Part shown: positions 1 to 6,816 of the stretch, piece after piece
Position numbering within the stretch: the stretch's first letter is position 1
How the letters are laid out: every line of letters starts with the position of its first letter
Source of the DNA: a virus
Taxonomy: Duplodnaviria > Heunggongvirae > Uroviricota > Caudoviricetes
Direction: 5' to 3' (one strand)
Virus record (IMG/VR): IMGVR_UViG_2671180846_000014
DNA: 9,424 bases
Notes under the pieces: model-generated
Told to the model about the DNA's origin: nothing
Database searches by the model: none
Seen by the model: only the letters and a program-made list of their open reading frames with translations
Translations under genes and position numbers: made by a program

Positions 1-247
1 TGGTTGTCGCAGTGCCAGCACAACACCATTGCGCCGGTACCATAACGGTGAATGACGGTTTCACTGTGGTGATAATCACCGTGTGGCCACTGGCAGGATT
101 TAACATGGCGCAGTAACCAGTCAGACAATGCGCCAGCGCCACCAGCAGCACGAATCACTCGTTCGTCGCTGAAAAATGGCAGTAATGATTTATCCTCCGC
201 CAGCGGCTGGCGAACGGCAGGAACGACCCCGGACGGCAGATTACGCA
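1..247 (-). CDS. Cys/His-rich protein, partial (3' end beyond window); possible zinc-binding NinG/DUF968/HNH-like protein
   Basis: Own translation of minus strand from ATG at 245-247 to the window edge gives MRNLPSGVVPAVRQPLAEDKSLLPFFSDERVIRAAGGAGALSDWLLRHVKSCQWPHGDYHHSETVIHRYGTGAMVLCWHCDN with no stop. Absent from the ORF track because it is truncated. C-x-W-x-H...HH...C-W-H-C spacing suggests a metal-binding motif. Start is uncertain because the masked run 258-307 lies directly upstream. Confidence 0.4.
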
Positions 248-324
248 TGCTTTTCGGNNNNNNNNNNNNNNNNNNNNNNNNNNNNNNNNNNNNNNNNNNN
301 NNNNNNNGAAGTAATACCCGCACG

Positions 325-603
325 TTACCTCCAGATGCGTTGCTGGAATGTGCGGGACGGACGCGGTGGTCGTTCGGAGTAAGGAAGCCTGACGGAGATT
401 ATCCAGTGACGATAATCGAGGCTGAGGGCTTTCTTAATCTCGTATCCGTGTCTGCGGTAGCACTGAATTAGCCACTCGGCCTGTTCTTCAGTGCATGGGG
501 GATGCTGGAACCAGTCAGATTTGAAAGTGCGGGAACGCCGCCCGTGCCTGCTGGCAGGGGCGGCAGAGTTATCCGAATTGTAAAATTTGGTATCGTGCGC
601 CAT
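325..603 (-). CDS. hypothetical protein (92 aa)
   Basis: Track ORF 325..732 trimmed to the ATG at 601-603 (MAHDTKFYNS...). The longer N-terminal extension would be translated through the intrinsic terminator at 671-700, so the first ATG downstream of the terminator is preferred. No recognisable family. Only a weak SD. Confidence 0.4.
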   Translation of the reverse strand: MAHDTKFYNSDNSAAPASRHGRRSRTFKSDWFQHPPCTEEQAEWLIQCYRRHGYEIKKALSLDYRHWIISVRLPYSERPPRPSRTFQQRIWR

Positions 604-670
604 CTGTTTTCTCTGCTGGCGCAGCAGGTGCCAGTTGTTCAGGCTGACGGATGGATTGTAAACCAGAACG

Positions 671-700
671 ACCAGAAAAAACAAAACCCGCCGAAGCGGG
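671..700 (-). terminator. Rho-independent terminator (minus strand)
   Basis: Minus-strand RNA reads CCCGC-UUCG-GCGGG (GC stem, UUCG tetraloop) followed by UUUUGUUUUUUCUGG. On the plus strand the stem is preceded by an A-run, not followed by a U-run, so it is unidirectional. Confidence 0.7.
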
Positions 701-995
701 TTAAGTGCGGGTGCGTTGAGGATGCCTGACACATCAGCGGTGGCGAGGGATTTCTCCCCCGCCNNNNNNNNNNNNNNNNNNNNNNNNNNNNNNNNNNNNN
801 NNNNNNNNNNNNNTGGGCCTCAGATTAATGTTAAGCGTCTTGCAGGACGCGTAATGTTAACTGGGGCTTTTCTCTGTCTGCCTTACGGTGGCATGCCCGA
901 GGCAGACAGCCTCAAGCACCCGCAGCAATTCTACTTAACTCTCGCTTTACAGCAAACCGTTTTGCCCGATATGGGAATTCCCATACGGAATGAAT

Positions 996-1100
996 TCAGT
1001 TCCCCAGGCGCTCCATCAAAAACACAACCAGGCAGTAAACACCCACAACAGCAATAACAGCCAGAGCGCCTTCCATTACCAGTGAAATATCATCCGACAT
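996..1100 (-). CDS. small hydrophobic peptide (34 aa), single predicted TM helix
   Basis: Not in the ORF track (below its length cutoff). Minus-strand ATG at 1098-1100 is preceded by AAGGGAGGG with about 5 nt spacing. Translation MSDDISLVMEGALAVIAVVGVYCLVVFLMERLGN, stop TGA at 996-998. Confidence 0.4.
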   Translation of the reverse strand: MSDDISLVMEGALAVIAVVGVYCLVVFLMERLGN

Positions 1101-1209
1101 ATTCCCTCCCTTGGTGTGAATCCCGGCGAACGTTTTTACCCCCACCGACAAATAACATATACTAGAAAAGCAATAGCTATAGCAACGCCTGCAAATGCAT
1201 CTGGCCGGC

Positions 1210-1773
1210 TCATTGGTTCTCCCCCTGTGTCGCTTCTACTGCGATCTGACTGGCGTATTCGTTAATGGTAACGATAAGTTCTTGCTCGGCCTCATCCAGA
1301 CAACTACCGATACCTCGCCTGTCCACTTCAGAAGCATCGAAATCTGCACGAAGCCTGGCGACCTTCAGGATTGCGGACAACACCTCATCAGGGATTGCCG
1401 GAGAGTTGGTTGACGTTTCCGAGATTATCCGAAAATTATTGGTTGACGAACCCTTATTTTCCCGAAAGTTTCCAGCCTGAAGCATGGCGGCGCGGTGACA
1501 CCAGATAATCCAGCCAAGCGCCATATCCCATGCCATGTATTCTCTATCGCCATTTTTTGCTCTGCGGCGATCTACAGATTCCCCGAAACGCTTCTCCATA
1601 AATAATTCATAGGCTGCCCGTTCATCCGATACTGATGCCAGTGATGCCAGTGCAATTTTTAATGCGGTAAGCATGTTGTTTTGATCTTCATCGAGTCCGA
1701 ACGGTATTTCATCCCGTGATGACTCAATTCCGGTAATCGTGTACTGTAGCCATTCTTTGGTTAATTCAGTCAT
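1210..1773 (-). CDS. hypothetical protein (187 aa)
   Basis: Track ORF with ATG start at 1771-1773 and TGA at 1210-1212. Separated from the upstream gene by a 126-nt intergenic region. No recognisable family. No canonical SD; a hairpin sits 9 nt upstream of the ATG. Confidence 0.55.
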   Translation of the reverse strand: MTELTKEWLQYTITGIESSRDEIPFGLDEDQNNMLTALKIALASLASVSDERAAYELFMEKRFGESVDRRRAKNGDREYMAWDMALGWIIWCHRAAMLQAGNFRENKGSSTNNFRIISETSTNSPAIPDEVLSAILKVARLRADFDASEVDRRGIGSCLDEAEQELIVTINEYASQIAVEATQGENQ

Positions 1774-1781
1774 TTTTCACT

Positions 1782-1799
1782 ACCGCCCTTTCGGGCGGT
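1782..1799 (-). other. GC-rich hairpin (7-bp stem, GAAA tetraloop on minus-strand RNA) just upstream of the 187-aa ORF start
   Basis: Plus strand aCCGCCC-TTTC-GGGCGGt; no U-tract follows on either strand, so it is not a classic terminator. It occupies the position where an SD would be. Confidence 0.4.
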
Positions 1800-1899
1800 C
1801 TCCTGATGTTCTGAGGGTGCAGGAATCCCTCCGGTTAAGGATTTAATAAAAATCATTTCTGATTTAAATTTTCAGTGTTTAGTTGTTGGTTTATAGCCT

Positions 1900-2211
1900 T
1901 TATGCTTCGGCCTTATTTCTCAGCCATACACAAACAGGACCATCTTCGGTGTCATGTATCGAACCGATAAACCATCCCTCACCTTCTGGTCGCTCAGGTT
2001 CCCATGCTGAAATATCAGGGCCATCTGCGTCCAGATTAAAATCATCTTCATCCATACTACGGATAGCCCACTGAAGATTATTTTTCTCCATCCAGGCGTT
2101 AAACTCTTCCGTTGAAATATATTCCCGACCATCACAGAATTTTTCATATTCAGGATGCGTCCAGCAGCCATATTCATTACGTTCCACTGGCATTTCTTTA
2201 ATTGCGCTCAT
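1900..2211 (-). CDS. hypothetical phage protein (103 aa), acidic with conserved Trp residues; possibly DUF551-like
   Basis: Track ORF. ATG at 2209-2211 overlaps the upstream stop by 4 nt (ATGA) and is preceded by AAGGGGGG. Family assignment is from memory only. Confidence 0.6.
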   Translation of the reverse strand: MSAIKEMPVERNEYGCWTHPEYEKFCDGREYISTEEFNAWMEKNNLQWAIRSMDEDDFNLDADGPDISAWEPERPEGEGWFIGSIHDTEDGPVCVWLRNKAEA

Positions 2212-2396
2212 TTACCCCCCTTATTTAATTTTCTACGACACTTTTTACAATCATCTGGACTTTCGAATGTATCCGGCTCACGCTCATTGCCAAAATACAT
2301 CCACCCACCGCAAGTACTTGTTATTTCACCTTCAGCAAAATAATGATGCTTTTTCGCCATAAGTGGCCTTGCCCAGCCCGGATTCGTTTTACTCAC
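2208..2396 (-). CDS. small Cys/His-containing protein (62 aa), possible zinc-binding
   Basis: GTG start at 2394-2396 preceded by GGAGG at 6 nt; overlaps the upstream stop (GTGA). Contains HH, C-GG-W and C-KK-C motifs. Confidence 0.55.
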   Translation of the reverse strand: MSKTNPGWARPLMAKKHHYFAEGEITSTCGGWMYFGNEREPDTFESPDDCKKCRRKLNKGGK

Positions 2397-2749
2397 TTGT
2401 TGCCTCCTTTGCGAAGCTCTGCGACTAACTCGTCACATATGTGCGTCAAAGAGCAAAGTTTGATTGCTGGATGTTCGCGCACCATCTCCACACCCTGCGC
2501 CCGCAATTCTGCCAGAAAAGCGTAGGGGTCAGTTTTTTCACTGTGGTACATGGCATCATAGATAATCATTGCAGCGACACCTGCCTGTCCTGCATCTGTG
2601 ACGGATATATGCTCAAGGGCTACGGCCATTGCGTGTTTCAACCTCTCATTTTCCACCTCAAGCACCACACGATTAGCCTCCAGCTCTTCTATGCGTTTTT
2701 TTGCTGCTCCCAGCTCAACACGCAGCTCCTGATAGTTAATCTCGCTCAT
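2393..2749 (-). CDS. hypothetical protein (118 aa), predicted N-terminal coiled coil
   Basis: ATG at 2747-2749 preceded by GGAGGAAGGAG; 4-nt overlaps with both neighbours. N-terminus ELRVELGAAKKRIEELEANRVVLEVENERLK is heptad-like. Confidence 0.65.
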   Translation of the reverse strand: MSEINYQELRVELGAAKKRIEELEANRVVLEVENERLKHAMAVALEHISVTDAGQAGVAAMIIYDAMYHSEKTDPYAFLAELRAQGVEMVREHPAIKLCSLTHICDELVAELRKGGNK

Positions 2750-2970
2750 TCTCCTTCCTCCCGCACTGCTGTTTTATATGCCCGAAGCACATGCGATGTT
2801 TTTCCTGACACAGTGCTTCTCAGAAAGAAAATTCCACTGGTGTTTATTACCAGATACGGGTCAGCAAGACGCAGCATATCCAGTATGTGATTATGTTTTC
2901 TTGTTTCCAGCACCGTACTGGAAATAAGCATATGTGACACGGGGCCGAAATCATGATATCTGATTTTCAT
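2746..2970 (-). CDS. hypothetical protein (74 aa)
   Basis: ATG at 2968-2970 with a GGTGA-type SD; stop overlaps the start of the next gene. Confidence 0.5.
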   Translation of the reverse strand: MKIRYHDFGPVSHMLISSTVLETRKHNHILDMLRLADPYLVINTSGIFFLRSTVSGKTSHVLRAYKTAVREEGE

Positions 2971-2991
2971 ATCATCACCCTGCTGTAAAAA

Positions 2992-3681
2992 TTACCCGTT
3001 ATCTCCTGTCGTTATTTTCTGTATGACATCACGATGCTTATTAATTTCCCGCAGCGCGGCGCATAAGCGCTCCCACTTCTGAACCTGACCTTTTGCCCGG
3101 CGCAGCTCGCGGTTAGCCACATGCAGCGATGGTAAAATCAGACCATCCGGATGCTTTCTGATGAACGACGACTGTGACTGCACTGTGACCGCCACACTTT
3201 CAGTTTTAATTTCTTCCTGTGTTTCCGCTTCCCGGACTGGTAACGCAACACCTGCCGGCTGAGGAAAGGCTTTACCATCGGTTTCCGTTACCGATGCAGC
3301 TTTCGGCTCTGCCGGTAAATTATCGCCCGGTATGCAGTAACGATATTGACCGTCCTGATTTACGCGAATCAGACGACCTTTGCTGACAGCCATCGCCAGT
3401 GATGAATTCGCCCGGCGGGAGGTAATCCCGAACATTAACGCCAGTTCGTCAGCCGACTGAGGACCATGCTGTTCAATCGCGTTAATCAGCATCTCTGCAG
3501 TGGTTTTTGGGGCCGCTTCAGTTGCCTCACTCGTCAGCCACCACATCGACCCCTTGTTATCAGCTTCGCCACGACGCTTCAGCTTCCAGAGTTCGGTAAC
3601 AGCATCGTCACGGCTGATTTCAAGACGGGCTGCAATCTCGTGCGACGAGGCTTTTTTCAGTGCTTTCAGTGCGTCAAAAAC
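2992..3681 (-). CDS. hypothetical protein (229 aa) with two winged-helix-like segments; possibly DUF1627-like
   Basis: Track ORF 2992..3756 trimmed to the ATG at 3679-3681 ([11 protein letters not shown]...), which has GGAGG 8 nt upstream; the longer form would overlap the P-like gene. Two HTH-like stretches ([26 protein letters not shown] and [29 protein letters not shown]). Confidence 0.65.
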   Translation of the reverse strand, partial: VFDALKALKKASSHEIAARLEISRDDAVTELWKLKRRGEADNKGSMWWLTSEATEAAPKTTAEMLINAIEQHGPQSADELALMFGITSRRANSSLAMAVSKGRLIRVNQDGQYRYCIPGDNLPAEPKAASVTETDGKAFPQPAGVALPVREAETQEEIKTESVAVTVQSQSSFIRKHPDGLILPSLHVANRELRRAKGQVQKWERLCAALREINKHRDVIQKITTGDNG

Positions 3682-3724
3682 GGTTTCCATTAAATTTTCC
3701 TCCCGGTAAAAATTACTTCTCAAC

Positions 3725-4285
3725 TCAGACAAAACCGGCCGCCTTCCGGCGCTCATATTCCTGTTTCAGCAATTCAATTGGCGTTGGCCCTGGCGGGCGT
3801 TTGGGTGCTGCCAGTTGTCGCCGGACTGGCGGAACACTGAGGCCATTACCAACATGCTTTGCCCATTTCGTCAGCTGCCTTTCCACAAGCCGTTTTAACT
3901 CCCCTTCGGTCATCTGGCGCTCAATCCCCTTTGAACGCATCTCGAGGCAAATGTGGTACAGCACCGGCTGTGGCCACGGGTATTTATCACTCCCGTCGTA
4001 CCGCCAGGATTCATTCCTCCAGCGACGGTATTCCTCCATCACGGCATCCACCGTCAGGCCAAATGGATTTGCCCCGCTCTCCGAAATCAACGCCACAAAC
4101 TCAGCCAGATCCGGAGGCCACGTTTCACCCGCCCGGCAGCGGTCCATGCACCGACGGCAGATCTGCCGGATTTGCTGTTCAGTCATCGCGCCAATCTGAG
4201 CAATCCAGAGTTTCGACGGCGCAGCCCCGTTCTTCTGAGTCCAGCGGTTCGAATACACCTCCCCCATAAGCTCCCACAGCTTCCA
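3725..4285 (-). CDS. phage replication protein P-like (helicase loader); 5' end in or next to masked run
   Basis: C-terminal two-thirds aligns by eye with lambda P ([11 protein letters not shown]...[16 protein letters not shown]...[16 protein letters not shown]... versus lambda ENGITTMEQVN...FLPSPGQFVAWCREE...YPWKSNAHYWLVTNLY). Stop TGA at 3725-3727. True start is either the ATG at 4265-4267 (GGAG 4 nt upstream) or inside the N run 4286-4335; the track's 4381 start is a TTG. Confidence 0.65.
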   Translation of the reverse strand, partial: WKLWELMGEVYSNRWTQKNGAAPSKLWIAQIGAMTEQQIRQICRRCMDRCRAGETWPPDLAEFVALISESGANPFGLTVDAVMEEYRRWRNESWRYDGSDKYPWPQPVLYHICLEMRSKGIERQMTEGELKRLVERQLTKWAKHVGNGLSVPPVRRQLAAPKRPPGPTPIELLKQEYERRKAAGFV

Positions 4286-5081
4286 NNNNNNNNNNNNNNN
4301 NNNNNNNNNNNNNNNNNNNNNNNNNNNNNNNNNNNGTGAAAACCTTCCCCTCCGCCATCCAGTAATCCCGGAATGCGGCAAGCTCAGCAGGTGTAAACTC
4401 AGGCTCAGGCAGAGCCATACCCCACACTGCTGCCCGCTGTCGAAAATCCGGCGACGGTTGCCAGACTCCAGTCATCGGAAATTTCCCGATCGGTTCGCTC
4501 AGGCCGTCCAGGTATTCAGGTTCGGCTGTCTGCAACGACGCGTCATTCAACTCACCGGTCGTAGCACTCTCGCGCATGCGCGCGTTATGTGTGGGGTTTA
4601 ATTCTTTATCTGTATCTGTATCTGTCGTGATTTGTCGTGACATATGCGTGACGCGTCGTGACTCATCGTGACAATCAGTGTTCTGCTTCCGCAGTCTTTC
4701 CCGCTCCCGCTGCGCTCTCTTGCGCTCTGCCGGGGATTTTGCGGTTTGCGAAACATTACCGTTATCCTCCTTCATCACCTGGCGTTTTTCCCATCCGGAA
4801 ATAAGATCACCATCCAGAACTCGCCCCTGCATTGCATGCAAAATTGAATCAATCACGTCTTCCGTCACATCAAGCGCACTTGCTAAATCTTCCGTCGTGA
4901 CATCAATGTGACCACGTAGTGACACGCCGTGACATGTCGTGACATTTCGTGACGCACTCACCAGAAGGTGGATATACACCGCCATCACTGTTGCGATTGG
5001 CTGTCCTGAGACCCTGGCAATGGTTCGCCATTTGGGATCATTTGGCATGTCATGCCACAATCTGAGCCAGGCATTAGCCAT
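4286..5081 (-). CDS. replication initiator candidate (O-like by position and embedded iterons); 3' end hidden by masked run
   Basis: ATG at 5079-5081 (MANAWLRLWHDMPNDPKWRTIA...) with GAGGTGA upstream; the track's extra MS comes from a GTG. Frame is open to the N run. Immediately precedes the P-like gene. Contains two phased GTGAC repeat arrays. Family (DUF1376/YdaU-like?) is not certain from memory. Confidence 0.55.
4607..4672. repeat. iteron-like array 1: (TATCTG)x3 followed by five CGTGA(C) repeats at 10-11 bp phasing
   Basis: CGTGA starts at 4626, 4636, 4647, 4657, 4667; TATCTG at 4607, 4613, 4619. Lies in frame inside the O-like CDS (encodes ...RRVTHMSRQITTDTDTD...). Confidence 0.6.
4896..4953. 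repeat. iteron-like array 2: six GTGAC repeats at 10-11 bp phasing
   Basis: GTGAC starts at 4897, 4908, 4919, 4929, 4939, 4949, same orientation as array 1. One inverted GTCAC at 4864-4868. Inside the O-like CDS N-terminal region. Confidence 0.6.
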
Positions 5082-5149
5082 ACTCACCTCATCTGATACC
5101 GAACTTTACCCTCGAACATCCGGAATAAATCCGGCATGAATATTGTTGG

Positions 5150-5575
5150 TCAATGCACGACAACAGCATTACCAGGCTGACCACCACTGTTAGTCAGGGT
5201 GCCCCAGGCGATCGCCGCTGCGACAAAATCATCCACATCTTTCACCAGCCGATCCCTCCGTTCGACGATCTCACGGTAATATTCAGAGCTGTGACTGCGC
5301 ATACGGGCCACCAGCAGAGGCGGCATTGCCTTTTCGATCGCCGGTAACAGAGCCTGAATTTTTTCAACAGCATCAGGGGTGTCTTTATCCAGCCAACGGA
5401 AAATTTTCTGGGTATTACGAGCCAGGGCTTCCGGATGGCTGTCGTCGTACAGTTCCGGGAACGTCATCCCCAGCTCGAAATAAGTCCGGGCTATTTCAGC
5501 TGCAGGAACTTTCTCACCGTCCGGATAGGCCCAGGCATTGATCGCCATGCGGATGTGCTCATGTTTGATTTTCAT
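5150..5575 (-). CDS. YdaT-like protein at the CII position (141 aa)
   Basis: ATG at 5573-5575 overlaps the Cro-like stop (ATGA); TGA at 5150-5152. N-terminus MKIKHEHI... resembles the YdaT family from memory. Sits between the cro-like and replication genes. Confidence 0.6.
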   Translation of the reverse strand: MKIKHEHIRMAINAWAYPDGEKVPAAEIARTYFELGMTFPELYDDSHPEALARNTQKIFRWLDKDTPDAVEKIQALLPAIEKAMPPLLVARMRSHSSEYYREIVERRDRLVKDVDDFVAAAIAWGTLTNSGGQPGNAVVVH

Positions 5576-5799
5576 GAATCCCCCTTTCCTTCGCCCTGAG
5601 TGGTATCCTTCTTTTTGTAAAGTTCTGGGTTCAAAGATAATTTCCCCTTGGAGTATGCAGCAGCTTCCGCAGCCCTCCCCTTCGGAACTATTTCACCAGG
5701 ACGCTTACGCCACATGTAAATAGCTTCGCGGGTTATCCCATAAAAATCGGCAACCCTCTGAACAGAACCAAAAAACTGGACAAGTTCATCAACTCGCAT
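5572..5799 (-). CDS. dicC: Cro/DicC-like small HTH repressor (75 aa)
   Basis: ATG at 5797-5799 with GGAGG 6 nt upstream. Divergent from the CI-like gene. Motif VQFFGSVQRVADFYGITREAIYMWRK...VPKGRA resembles DicC/Cro-family proteins recalled from E. coli Qin prophage. Confidence 0.8.
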   Translation of the reverse strand: MRVDELVQFFGSVQRVADFYGITREAIYMWRKRPGEIVPKGRAAEAAAYSKGKLSLNPELYKKKDTTQGEGKGDS

Positions 5800-5893
5800 T
5801 TTACCTCCTAAATCTAAGTATTTTTAGATTACAAGATAATTTTTTTTAGGTCAATGCAATCTAAAATAATTTATATTCAATTTGCAGGAGAAA
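5800..5893. promoter_or_regulatory. divergent promoter/operator region (PR/PRM-like) with two operator-like palindromes
   Basis: AATCTA-N8-TAGATT at 5811-5830 and AATCTA-N8-TATATT at 5858-5877. TATATT (5872-5877) is a plausible -10 for the repressor gene. For the cro side, TTGACC (complement of 5849-5854) is a possible -35, though the matching -10 is weak. AT-rich. Confidence 0.55.
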
Positions 5894-6541
5894 ATGATGG
5901 AAAGCCTTGGCATCAGGCTTAAGAGACTTAGAAAAGATAAGGGGCTGACCCAAGTAGAACTGGGTAAGCTTTCAGGCGTGACTGGGGTTACTATAGGGTA
6001 CTGGGAGAAAGATCTAAACGAACCAGGTAGCAAAGCTCTAAGTAAGTTAGCCCAGGCATTAGGAACTACTGAGTCCTATCTCCTATATGGAGTATCGTCT
6101 CCTGAATTATCTTTTGTACAAAGTACCTCAGGCACCAAGATCCCCTACCTTTCGTGGGGTGAGGCGATTTCTTTCCTAATCTTAAAAGGAGAGAAAACAA
6201 TGGGAAATGTCGATAGGATCACCACATTCTTTGATGTCGAGGAAGGTGATTTTGCCGTTTCAATGCCTGATGACACAATGCATAACCCATCAGGATCACC
6301 GAGTATCCCAGTTGGTGCTACTGTGATCCTAAGGCCAGGAGAAAGTTATAAAAATGGCAGCATCGTCGCTGTAATAGTTCCGGATCCGCTTAAAAATGAA
6401 CCATCTATGACTATAAAGAAATTAGTTATTGATGGGAAGCTTGTGTATTTAAGCCCTCTCAATCCACGCTATCAGTCATCCTTACTTACACCAGAGTGTA
6501 AAATTGTTGCCGTAGCAAAAGGTGTACAGTTCAACTTATAA
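5894..6541 (+). CDS. CI-like prophage repressor: XRE-type HTH plus LexA/S24 peptidase domain (215 aa)
   Basis: ATG at 5894 with AGGAG 5 nt upstream (the track start at 5882 is a TTG). N-terminal HTH LTQVELGKLSGVTGVTIGYWEK. C-terminus strongly resembles lambda CI (TIKKLVIDGKLVYLSPLNPRY versus lambda [21 protein letters not shown]), with a candidate Ser (AVSMPDD) / Lys (IKKL) dyad. Confidence 0.9.
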   Translation: MMESLGIRLKRLRKDKGLTQVELGKLSGVTGVTIGYWEKDLNEPGSKALSKLAQALGTTESYLLYGVSSPELSFVQSTSGTKIPYLSWGEAISFLILKGEKTMGNVDRITTFFDVEEGDFAVSMPDDTMHNPSGSPSIPVGATVILRPGESYKNGSIVAVIVPDPLKNEPSMTIKKLVIDGKLVYLSPLNPRYQSSLLTPECKIVAVAKGVQFNL

Positions 6542-6560
6542 CCCGCCACGTCCTTTACTT

Positions 6561-6588
6561 GAGGTCGGCAATGCCGACCTTTTTTTTT
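6561..6588 (+). terminator. Rho-independent terminator after the repressor gene
   Basis: GGTCGGC-AAT-GCCGACC followed by T9 (6580-6588), 20 nt after the stop at 6539-6541. Confidence 0.8.
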
Positions 6589-6593
6589 AAATT

Positions 6594-6636
6594 AATCTAG
6601 ATTTATCTTGACTGAAAAACTAAATACTTTTAGATT
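6594..6636 (+). promoter_or_regulatory. PL-like promoter with overlapping operator copies (candidate repressor-controlled promoter of the ydfA-dicF-dicB operon)
   Basis: -35 TTGACT (6608-6613), 17-nt spacer, -10 TAGATT (6631-6636). Operator-like AAACTA-N8-TAGATT at 6617-6636 closely matches the 5811-5830 site. Perfect palindrome AATCTAGATT at 6594-6603. Confidence 0.5.
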
Positions 6637-6816
6637 TATTACATACCACCCTACCTCGCCCCACAGAACGTCGGGCAATACCTCGAGTTACCCGGCAGTG
6701 GTCAGGGGTTAAGTAGCCAGCCCGAGGCGTATGAACATGACGGCGGGAACACTTTGTATAACAGCGCAGCAGGTTTTTAGTTCCGCGACCCGGCGTTAAG
6801 GGTAAATGAGGTCAAC

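Noticed and set aside
139-146. Chi site (GCTGGTGG) on the minus strand
   Set aside because: A single octamer occurrence is expected by chance at enterobacterial Chi density. Noted only because lambdoid phages are often Chi-poor.
176-471. Plus-strand ORFs 176..382 and 247..471
   Set aside because: Both depend on reading through the masked run and lie antisense to better-supported minus-strand ORFs. No RBS.
325-732. Full-length 135-aa form of the minus-strand ORF
   Set aside because: The N-terminal extension would be translated through the GC stem and U-tract of the terminator at 671-700. The first ATG after the terminator (601-603) is the more plausible start.
734-856. Possible minus-strand gene ending at TGA 734-736 (C-terminus ...GGEIPRHR)
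   Set aside because: With the masked run taken as 50 nt, the open frame is at most about 40 codons with no start visible outside the N run. Cannot be supported.
716-1057. 113-aa plus-strand ORF spanning the masked run 764-813
   Set aside because: The frame is only continuous through N-derived X residues. The start has no SD, the sequence is low-complexity and Pro/Gln-rich, and it runs antisense to the small peptide ORF and the hairpin region. Most likely spurious.
2441-4339. Plus-strand ORFs 2441..2890, 3466..3693, 3500..3709, 3660..4199, 3859..4269, 3953..4339
   Set aside because: All are antisense to the coupled minus-strand gene chain and the P-like gene. They have Ser/Arg/Pro-rich low-complexity translations typical of shadow frames and no SD motifs.
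6640-6816. nutL-like boxA/boxB antitermination site in the leader of the plus-strand operon
   Set aside because: I looked for a CGCTCTTA-like boxA followed by a short hairpin and found no convincing match. Absence by eye is not conclusive.
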